A model generated the notes under the pieces. It was not told the origin of the DNA. It did no database searches and saw only the letters and a program-made list of their open reading frames with translations. Below, piece after piece: positions 11,501 through 23,500 of a stretch of DNA of 64,000 bases (positions are counted from its first letter, which is position 1; every line of letters starts with the position of its first letter). This DNA comes from Antedon mediterranea (taxonomy: Eukaryota > Animalia > Echinodermata), in assembly GCF_964355755.1 (NCBI RefSeq), contig NC_092670.1, positions 23,484,795-23,548,794 of the forward strand, given 5' to 3'. A program made the position numbers and the translations under genes.

Positions 11501-14500
11501 AGGCATAATGCTGCATCAGGATTGGTGAGTACATTATCTCATTTACATAGGCATAATGCTGTATCAGGATTGGTGAGTATATTATCTCATTTACATAGGC
11601 ATAATGCTGCATCAGGATTGGTGAGTACATTATCTCATTTACATAGGCATGATGTTGCACCAGGATTAGTGAGTATATTATCTCATTTGCATAGGCATGA
11701 TGCTGTATCAGGATTGGTGAGTATATTATCTCATTTGCATAGGCATGATGCTGTATCAGGATTGGTGAGTACATTATCTCATTTACATAGGCATGATGCT
11801 GTATCAGGATTGGTGAGTACATTATCTCATTTGCATAGGCATGATGCTGTATCAGGATTGGTGAGTACATTATCTCATTTACATAGGCATGATGCTGTAT
11901 CAGGATTGGTGAGTACATTATCTCATTTGCATAGGCATGATGCTGCATCAGGATTACTGAGTACATTATCTCATTTACATAGGCATGATGCTGTATCAGG
12001 ATTGGTGAGTATATTATCTCATTTGCATAGGCATGATGCTGTATCAGGATTGGTGAGTACATTATCTCATTTACATAGGCATGATGCTGTATCAGGATTA
12101 GTGAGTATATTATCTCATTTGCATAGGCATGATGCTGCATCAGGATTGGTGAGTACATTATCTCATTTGCATAGGCATGATGCTGTATCAGGATTGGTGA
12201 GTACATTATCTCATTTGCATAGGCATGATGCTGTATCAGGATTGGTGGGTACATTATCTCATTTGCATAGGCATGATGCTGTATCAGGATTGGTGAGTAC
12301 ATTATCTCATTTATATAGGCATGATGCTGTATCAGGATTGGTGAGTACATTATCTCATTTACATAGGCATGATGCTGTATCAGGATTGGTGAGTACATTA
12401 TCTCATTTGCATAGGCATGATGCTGCATCAGGATTGGTGGGTACATTATGTCATTTACATAGGCATGATGCTGCATCAGGATTGGTGAGTACATTATCTC
12501 ATTTACATAGGCATGATGCTGTATCAGGATTAGTGAGTACATTATCTCATTTGCATAGGCATGATGCTGCATCAGGATTGGTGGGTACATTATGTCATTT
12601 ACATAGGCATGATGCTGCATCAGGATTGGTGAGTACATTATCTCATTTACATAGGCATGATGCTGTATCAGGATTGGTGAGTACATTATCTCATTTACAT
12701 AGGCATAATACTGTATCAGGATTGGTGAGTACATTATCTCATTTAATAGGCATAATGCTGTATCAGGATTGTCGAGTACATTATCTCATTTGCATAGGCA
12801 TGATGCTGTATCAGGATTGGCGAGTACATTATCTCATTTACATAGGCATGATGCTGTATCAGGATTGGTGAGTACATTATCTCATTTGCATAGGCATGAT
12901 GCTGTATCAGGATTGGTGAGTACATTATCTCATTTATATAGGCATGATGCTGTATCAGGATTGGTGAGTACATTATCTCATTTGCATAGGCATGATGCTG
13001 TATCAGGATTGGTGGGTACATTATCTCATTTGCATAGGCATGATGCTGTATCAGGATTGGTGGGTACATTATCTCATTTGCATAGGCATGATGCTGTATC
13101 AGGATTGGTGAGTATATATAAAGCAGAAACTTTTGATTCCATTATCTCATTTGCATATAGTTCATAGTTCAATTTCAAAAGAAAATTCCTTTTGACATTT
13201 AATTACTCACAAAAACAAACAATATACATAATAATATATATAATATACAGGCATAAAACAATGTTATGTGAAGAATTTAAACATTTGTTTGGAGGTACAA
13301 CATGCTATGAAGTACTGTACCACAGAAAGGTGTATGCTAGCTTGAGCCTGAGATTGACATCCCTTGTTGTCTACAAGTTTTATCAAAGCATTGTTACCCA
13401 TTTAGACCCTATTTCAGTTTCAGTTTGTATACTGTTATTACCTACATGGTTTTGCCAGACATAATGGCAAAAAAAAAATACTAAATTTAGCTCTTATTAG
13501 CATTACAAACCATGCATACACTTAGTTTGTGTTGAATATTAATTAAGACCTCTTTTTTATAGAGTACCTCTACAAAGGTGGTTTCCAGCGCTTCTCCGGT
13601 TTCCAAACAATTTAACAAGGTAAAGGTGAATTGATTGTAATTCAACCATCTATCATCATACAAGTGATTTCATAATAGTGCTTAGCATTTGCTGTTCAAA
13701 TTGTTTCACTGGTGGCATACAAGTATGTGACTCCAAAGCCAGGGGGACCTCTGACAAAGATTTAATGAAGCATAAACTGAATTTTTGACATTTTTATTTT
13801 TAGACTTTGAAACCAGATCCCATTTTAGCATTGCGAAGAATTGTGGGCTTTGGTGGTTACTCTACTACAGAGGTTTGTTTTTTAACAATACATATATTAT
13901 TAGATGATATTTTTTATTTGAATGGGGAGAATATTTTATGAGTTAAAGACTAACTATTTAACCAGCTGAACGTACGTAATTAAAATTTATATCTTGTGTT
14001 CTTTCTTACTTCTACATCCGATATTTTTTTAAAGTTTTGTTTCGTTAAACCCTAGGCAATTTGGTCAAAGGATGGCACTCATATTATCTACCCTTGCCAT
14101 GCTGTGGTTGTATCAATGGATGCTAGTAATGGCGTGCAGAGATTTTTCATTGGTCACACAGATAAGGTACAGTAAAAAAACAAGTTGTAATTATTATGAG
14201 GCCCAAAAAACAAGATAGTATTTATCAAGAGATCTTTGTACCATCAGTTCTGGGTTAAAATAAAGCTTTGTGAAAGCATGAACCTATCTAATTTATAGGT
14301 CCATGATGAAAGCTTTAGAATAAATTTGACCTAACTGAAATAAAACTGTTAGTTTCTATCATTTTTAGCCCTTCTCGTGATATATATACTATTATATTTA
14401 TTTATGTTTACCATTTTTATGATTTAAATTGTGTAAATAAATAAGAAAGAAAAGGTAATGGTTTAAATAACAATATCGAGACGATGTGGAGGTGGCTAGC

Positions 14501-17500
14501 CAGTGTCATCATATCAGCATGCCTTTGACCGATAGACTAGTTTTTGTGTGAAACAAGTCAATTTGGATATAGAATTATAAATAAGATTAGAATTATTCAA
14601 CATAAAAACCATATTGTAGTTTTTTATTGTGGTATTTATAATATTCGTCGTAATATTTATAGATTTCATCTCTCTCCTTGAATGGGAATGGTCAACTTTT
14701 GGCATCTGGTCAAACTGGACGTTTAAGTGTTGTCCGAGTGTGGAACTTTCATAGTGGACAGTGTCTTGCTATGTTTAAAACACATGTCCACTCTTTGTTT
14801 GCTCTCAGGTAAAAAAAAATTAATATTGAAATTTTATTTTTATTATTTTACCCATCTAAATTTCTGTCTGCACTATCAAATAGTGATATTCAGGGTAAGT
14901 GGAATACGTACTTGAAATTTTTCTTAAGCCCTGTCTACACTATGAAACTAGTTTGGCAAAAAGTGTGATATGCCCAAATATGGTAGTGATGTGCCCAAAT
15001 AAAGTAGTGATATGACATCATCATGACCATATATGGGTACTTCACAAAATCACAAACAGTTTGATAGTGTAGACAGATCTTTACAACCAAATATATTTGA
15101 TGCGTATGAAATAAAAAAAAATAAAAAAATATAGGAATTTGAAACAAAACTCAATAAATACATGCTTCTCTTCCGTAGCTTTTCAGTCTCAGGAAGAACT
15201 CTGTGTGGAGTTGGAAAAGATGGACATGGCAAAAATGTAAGTAGCTTAGATTAAGCCATTTAATATAAAAAAATATAAATTTATTTGATGATAGTCAATT
15301 AGAATAGGACAGAAGAATGGCTATTTGGAAGGGTGTCGCTGTTGACTCCTCCTGTTTGCATGGCTGACTGGTCATGTATAAACATGTTTATAATGTAGTA
15401 GATGTAATACAAAAGCTTCAATCGTTTTATTGTTTTATCTATCAGGTATATTCCATTTAGAGAAATAATACAAATAATTTATCTGAAATGTAAAATTACC
15501 TTTTATTACCTGTTATCTTTGATTTTTGGTTTTGTTTCTTTTTCGTCTGTTTTTTGTGATTTGCTACATTATATTGTTTTATGTGTTTATATGAAAGACC
15601 ACTTCATTGTCAGCAAATACTGTTTAGAGTTAAGGTTAAAAAAATATATATAGACAGCCCCGCAATAGACTGCCCCGCAATTGACTATACCATGCCCTAC
15701 CAGATATTTTGTTAATGTTTATTTATTGATTATAAACTGCATACATGTCATTTAGTGAGTAGTAATATAATAGTAATACACAATGGAATTGTCAGATAAC
15801 TGATAATTTGAACAAAGCTATAATCTTTTACAGTATGTAAATATTGACTGGGGTGAAGGGTATGGTTCTAAATATGGCTTAAAGTCAATTCAATTCATCG
15901 ACATTTTTATTCCATAATCAAAATAAAAACATATACAAATACAATACAAATAATAAGATAATGGAATGGGATACAAAATAAGCACAAGTGCTTTAAGCAT
16001 GTAACCCTAACAAAAAGATCAAACAATTAGTACAAACAAAAAGAACAAACCAAAATAACATAATGTGATTTACTTAACTTAAATATTTCTATTGTTATAA
16101 TATTGCTTTAATCTCTGTTTAAACAAACTTAAAGTGGGGGATTGTTTTATATAGTCTGTTAAATTGTTCCAAATATGTGTTCCTTGGTAGGAAATACATT
16201 GCTGTCCGACTTTGGTGCGTTTTAGTTGTGGACAGTAGTTTGACCTGTTTCTAGTTGAGTAATTATGGAATGAGGCAGATGTACTAAATAAGTTATTAAA
16301 TGATTCAGGTAATAGATTATGTTTATATTGATACATAAATATAGCAGTGTGTTTCGTATAAAGGTCAAAAATATTTAATGTTTGGGTTGAAATAAAAAGT
16401 GGATGAGAAGGATGCATAAAATGAACATGACAAATATTTCTAAGTGCTTTTTTCTGGAGAATATGTATACGGTTTAAGTTTGTAGCAGAAGTAGCACCCC
16501 ATACTGTGATAGCATACGTTATTCTAGGTAATATAAGTGCATTGTATACCGTTAACAAGATTTTACTTGATAACATAGACTTCACTTTGTTTAAGACACC
16601 AATTATTCTAGAAATACTGTTTGCTACCTCATTTACATGAAAATTAAACGATAAAGTTTCATCCAGAAATAAGCCTAGAAATTTAACTTCAGTAGCTTTT
16701 ACTATACATTCATTTCCCATCCTCAATTCTAGTGAGGTAGTGTCAGCTGACTTATTTCTAGCCTTAAATATAACATATTTTGATTTGTTTACATTTAGCG
16801 TTAATTTGTTAGCAATAAACCAGTCCGAAAGTATAGATAACTCCTGGTTCATTGTATCAAAAGCTTGAGTAATATCATTGTGACTATAAAACACATTTGT
16901 GTCATCTGCATACATAATCATGTCTACATGGTTACATGCTAGACTAATATCATTAATGAATATAAGAAATAATAATGGACCCAATATGGATCCCTGAGGA
17001 ACTCCAGTGTTTACTGTCATTTTACTAGATGCAGTATTAACAATAAATGTGTATTGTAGTCTTTTTTTAAGATAGTTTGAGAACCAGTTTAGCGGAACTC
17101 CTCTTATACCATAAAATCTTAACTTATCTAATAATACATCATGATCGATTGTATCAAACGCTTTTGATAAATCAAGGAAAACTCCTAGTGTGAACTCTTT
17201 ATTCTCAATAGCGTTTGTGATTTTTTCAATCGATTGTATTAAAGCATGACTAGTTGAATGGTGTTGTCTAAATCCATACTGTGTTTTACTCAGTACGTTA
17301 TATTTTGAGAGGTAACAAATCGTTTGATCATACACAATCCTCTCAAATATTTTGGAAAAAAAGGGTAAAATGGAAATAGGCCGATAATTATTTATATCGG
17401 AGATGTCACCATTCTTAAATACCGGGATAACTTTAGCAATTTTTATATCAGCCGGGACACAGCCCGATGATAATGACGTATTAATAATATGCAATAAAGG

Positions 17501-20500
17501 TTTTAAAATAAACGGGGAAGCAGATTTTATGAGTTGGGCACTTATACCATCATGGCCAGGAGAAGTATTCTTTGTGTTTTTAATATAGTGGTATAGTGAT
17601 CGTGAGACTATACTACAGGGCCGGGGTTCTCAACAGTTTTTAGTATGATTGTAATTTATATACCGTCCTGACGCGGGTATAAGCCCATACTCGGGTATAA
17701 GCCCACCCCCCGACTTTTGACTAATTTTCATGAAAAATGAGGCACTCGGGTATAAGCCCACCCATTAATTCGAAGATTTACATTGTGTGTCGTAATACAT
17801 TATTTTGTATTTGGCGATGTCCATGCACCGAATACACCTACCTTTGATCATAACCAAGCTAGGCTAATATACGCTAGGCCATGAGGCCTAGCGGTCCTGT
17901 TTTGTTTACACTCCATCGCGGTCGAAGATCGCTTCACACACGATGCTACAAGTCGCCAAAACGGAAAACCCACTATTTGGTATCGGCTGCCATAAACAAG
18001 CTTATTAAATTTCTTTGGTACATTTCTATTTAACGAACATTGTATACTTGCTTTTCTGCTTGATAAATTCTTGTTCAATTGATGTTTAAAATAAGATATT
18101 CTACAATAAATTACACGAACTAGGCCTAGCCTATAAGCTTAATTATTCTTTAATTTCCGACACTCTACACCTCGTGTATTTAGAGGCAACGTCGTACACG
18201 TGAGGGCGCTCGCTCGCATGGTGGAATACACAGTGTACATGTGCTGTTTTTGACGATCTGCATTTTTGGATCCTCGGGTATAAGCCCACCCCCCCAAACT
18301 TGACGTGATTTCATGTTCAAGGGGGGTGGGCTTATACCCACGTCAGTACGGTATATTCAATAACCTTGCGGACCAGATAGACCGGAGCATCTTCAAGGGG
18401 CCCCAATTGGGGGTCCTAAGTGTTTAAAGGGCATCAACCCTTTTTTTTTAAAGTTTATTTGTGATTTTTGTACTTATCATATGAAATGTATGCACAGCCG
18501 GGATCTGGTCCGTGTGCCAGCTGTTGAGATTGATTTTTTTCAATATCCAAAACAATCACAAAACATTGCACCAATAGCTGGAGAATGAATCTTGAAACCT
18601 CTGTAATTATTATTATTATAATAAAATTTAAAAAATATATCAACGAGGTTGATATTTAACCTTTCATCATTCACCAAATGCCATTATTTGTACCATTACA
18701 TGAATATTAAACATTTATTATTTGTTTTATATAACATCCAAATAGATTCCTGTCATGACAGGAATTTATTTAGGTGTTATATAATACAAATTACTGTATA
18801 TGCTCAACTAGAAAACAACAGGCCCTAGGCTTTGACGTTTTAGGGGGAAAACCATACTGCTATATTTGTTCTAAGTACACTAATTAATTCAAGCAACTGC
18901 TTTGTCATTGGATCAAAGTCCATGGAGCTAATAAAATATTTAGAAAAGCAAATACAAAATCAATGTTTGATATCAGATAAAATTGTTAAAGTTCAACTTA
19001 GTGTGATGACACAGTGGTCTCATGACTGAAAAACTGCTTACTTTATATTTGACAACGGCCACGTCAACAAGAGTTTAAAAAGTTTTACCAAAGAAGGAGT
19101 TAATCATTCTTCAAAAGGTAAGAATATTTTTAGAATGTTGTCTCAGCCTCACCTAGATCTACATTAATATTTATAGATAAAACTTCTAGTAATAATTTGT
19201 AACAATGTGAAATGTAACAGCCCTAAGTTGGCTTTAATACTCTTGCAGAGAGGTTTTACCAAGACTTGTTTGATTAACTGTTAATAATATAGGAATTGCA
19301 AGCACAGTATCCATATACACCTGGATCTTAATTTCATATTGCTTGCAGTAGTTAAGTAACTTTATAATTACACACAGATGTAGAATCATAATTGAAAGAG
19401 AATACTAGAACTTAAATGAAATATTTCTTTACAATAGAGCTAATGACATCCTCCCCACATCATATTTATAAAAATACTTAATTGTCATTTCAGATTTCAC
19501 TATGGCTACTGGTAGAGATTTAAGTCTTCTGGAAAACATAGATGAGAAGCTGTTAGAATGCAGCATATGCAGTGCCACACTACGTAATCCAAGATCACTT
19601 GCCTGCCTGCACAGCTTCTGTTTAGCATGTCTAGAAAACTGGCTAAAATCAAATCATGGAAAGCTATCATGCCCGATTTGTCGCAAACTACATCCCATTC
19701 CTGATGGCGGGCTTGAAAAGCTTCCACCCAATACGTTTGTTAATAACCTGCTAGAAATCACTGAGCAATTTAAGAAGAAAGAACAAGTGAAATGCGTTTG
19801 TGGAGCAACAGAACAGGTGACATACTACTGTAAGGAATGCAGACATTACCTGTGTTCCATGTGTAGAAAACATCACAAAATGTTGCCAATGTCTGCAGGT
19901 CATACGCTACTTGCTGCAGAGGAAGTGCAATCAATGACGCCACAACAATTTATTAATTTACATCCACCATCATGTTCCACTCATAAAAAACCACTGGAGT
20001 TGTATTGTACAAAATGTAAAGTACCAATATGCTGGAAATGTGCAATAGTGGACCATGCAAAGGGAGCAGAACATGAACCAACTGACATTGTCTCGGCATT
20101 CAAAATATTTAAGGGAACTGCTGACAAATTGAAGGACACTGCCAATGAATGCCTTGAAAAACTAGAAAATAGAATCAGAGTAGTTAAAAAAAATTCTATG
20201 AAATTAGAAGAAAGTAAAAATGCAAGTTTGAAAAGTATCAATGAGCAGTTTGAAGAAATGGTGAAAATAATGAAAGAAAAAACAGACAAACTAAAGAAGA
20301 AAGTGGAAGAAAAATACACAAATGAAAAGAAAATAAATGACATGCAACTGAAAGAATTAAGAACAATCACTTCAGGTTTAGATACAAATGTAAGTTTCCT
20401 TAATCAGTCACTAAAGAGTGAGCCAGCAACTGCTATGATGTCAAGTGAGATTGCATTGAATACACTGAAGGATCACATAAATAGTTCAGATGAAATCAAG

Positions 20501-23500
20501 CAATATGACAATGAACAAATTAACTTCTTTGGAAACAAACTTACAATTGAATTGTTGAAACAATGTGATATTGGATATGTTACCCCCATTACAGCTGATG
20601 ATCTTATTTTAAAAGGTCCTCAATGTGTGACCCAAGAACAATCAATTGTTGCCAGAATTATTATACCACATAAAATTGGTTTAAGTCAACTGAAAGCAAC
20701 ATGGACACAACCAACAGGAGAAACCACTAATGGTTTTGTTGAAGAATATAATAATGATTATGTTACAAGAGGAGTATGTAAGAATCCAGGAATCTGTAGA
20801 TTGAATGTGTATTTCAATGGGAAGCCAATCAGACAATCACCACTTACTATCAAGATAGAGAAGAAAGGATTGGTGAATGATTTTAAAGTTCATAAGAAGC
20901 CTACAGTAGTAGTAAAGTGTGATGATGATTGCTTGTTGGTTTCATTTTGTACAAATGAAATTCACAAGTACAAACAATCAGGAGAATGCATCAGCAAGAT
21001 AACACTACCAAAAGGTGTGAAAGTTTACAGAATGTACAAAATGAAGAATAACAACATAGCATTCAGTGATAAAAGCTGCATTAAAGTATGTGATATGAAT
21101 GGTCATGTGATTAAATCCATTGGTGAAGGTGTATTGACAAATCCACGTGGGATTCACATAGATGAGGCAACAAATGTTATTTATGTAACAGAACGGAACA
21201 CTGAATGTGTGTGCATGTTTGACATTAATAGTGGTAAGGAACTGATGAGGATAAGATCACAAAGAGAAGGACGCATTATATATCCTGATGTAACACTTAC
21301 AAAATCTGGGAAAGTGCTTGTAGCAGATTATGGAAATGATCAAATTGTATCTTATGATAATGAAGACAAGTCATTTAAAGTACTTGTTAATAAAGGTGAG
21401 AAAGATGGTATGGTGATGCATCCACATGGAGTTGTAGTTGATGAGGATGATAACATCATTGTATCAAGTCACCACAAACTACAACTATTCAGTAGTGATG
21501 GACATTTTATCAAAAGAATTGATCAGGAAGAAGATGGAATCAACAATCCATGTCAGTTATGTATCATTTCATATCACCCACGTAGAATTTCTGTAGCTAA
21601 TTACAATGGCAGCAACATTAAAATATTTAATTATTGAAGTTGAAAATGACATAGTTGGAGAGACTGTCCTTTGAAACAGTATTTACATTTGGACAAAAAA
21701 TCTAGATTTATTACTTCATCTTTTACAGCTAGTGTAGAAATATGTAAAATTATTTTTTATTTATTAAATTTACTTTATTGAATAAGTAATAAAGGAAAAA
21801 AATAAATTGAGGGTGTATAACACATTTTATAGAATAATATTTTCTGTGAAAACAAATGTACAAACAAATAAAAGAATTGATTTTATAAATCAAACGTTTT
21901 ATTTTATAAATACAAACATGTGTCAAACAGTGTATTTAAGCATGATCATAAGTAGGTATTCCACAAGTGGGATTACTGCTATTTTTTGTATCAACAATGA
22001 CTTAAGCTCTGTCTATGCTATCAAACTAGTTTGACAAAAAAAGTGTGATGTGCCCAAATATGGCAGTGATATGCTTAAATATGGTAGTGATATGACATCA
22101 TCGTGTCCATACATCACATTTTTTTTGTCACATGTTTGATAGTGTAGACAGAGCATTTACTGTATGTTTACTTAGTGTATTAAGATAGTGTATACGTCAT
22201 GAGGTGGTTTCCCGAATGTTCGCACGATCAAAACGGTACTGGGTATGATCAACTAGCATTCATGTTCCCAACTAATCATCCATTCATAGAAGTACTGATA
22301 AAGAAGTCAATGTGACTTTTTTTCGACCTTTAAATAATAGAAAGTTTTGACAAATTTGTTAGGATAGAAATTTATGATGTATATGTTTATTGAAAATTGT
22401 TGTATTTTTTAAATTACTTTGTACAAGTTGCGATGAGAAAACTATTATTTGATCGTTAGTTGACGTGTAAATTAAATAAAAATATTAATCAAATATGGTA
22501 GTATCAGTGTCATCATTTGTTTCTCGTATGTTCTGGAGTTACGATTTTTTTAATAAATAGATGTTTTGAAACCCTATGGTATTTTTTTATTTATGTTATT
22601 TTTTTACCGCTTACTGTGAGTTTTTTTGTCATAAATTCAAGATGTCTTCCATAGCAAGACATTCAAATATTCTATATAATAGCAGAGCCTGAATAACCTA
22701 AAAAAATAATAAAATAAACGAAGACGTTTCAATTGTATGAATTTATTATTTACTGAATGTTTGTAGTTATTTATTTTATACATATTTTTTAATTACTTAT
22801 AATTCTGACAAATTTTAAGTCCTAGTCACTTGGTAAAATATGACTGTGTATTATTTTAGATGATTGTTGTGTGGAACACCTCAAAACTAAAACGAAATGG
22901 AGATGTTGAAGTCCTTGCTAAAGCTCATACAGATGTTGATATTGTGAGAGTACGAATTGCCCCATTTGATGATATGAGGTAAGTATTGCTTAGTTATTAT
23001 AGGCATTTTTATTGACAGATTTATTTATTTTTTATTAAACTTTGTTTAATGAGGGTGACTTAAAACAGCCGAGGCTGACATGCATGAGATACAAATACGA
23101 AAAAACGAGAAAAAGAATAAAAAAAAAGAGAAAAAAATAGACCAATAAAAATATATTCATATATATATGAACATTTTGAAACCCTCAGGGACAGTGCCTA
23201 GCCATAGCATATTTAGAGGGTGAGATATTTTTTTAGTCGAACTTTAAAAATATCAAATGATGTTGAGTTTTGAATTTCGATGGGTAGTGCATTCAGCAAA
23301 GACGGTGCTTTATATAAAAAACTGTCCCTGAAGGTTTCAAGATAATTAGCCGATGAAGTTCCTGTGGAAACCAGGATTTAACCGATTTCAAATTGAAATG
23401 ATAATTAACTCATTCAAATCAGATACTTATCTGATAAATATGATAATATTTAACTTTTGACATGTAGGACAAATTGCGTTGATCCTGTGCACTTGATTTT

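Noticed and set aside
11160-13167. Long ORFs of 524 aa (-) and 561 aa (+) as independent genes
   Set aside because: Purely translations of the 48-bp repeat, open on both strands, with no proper start or unique domain; only the in-frame part adjoining exon 6 could be coding.
15179-19530. WDR90-TRIM fusion protein by splicing exon 11 to the TRIM acceptor
   Set aside because: Exon 11 ends in phase 0 and the acceptor lies 8 nt before the TRIM ATG, so the join reads ISLWLLVEI* and is out of frame.
14927-22155. Two MITE copies as ends of a composite transposon that carried the TRIM gene
   Set aside because: The interval includes WDR90 exon 11, the copies are diverged and each has its own TIRs; independent insertions are simpler.
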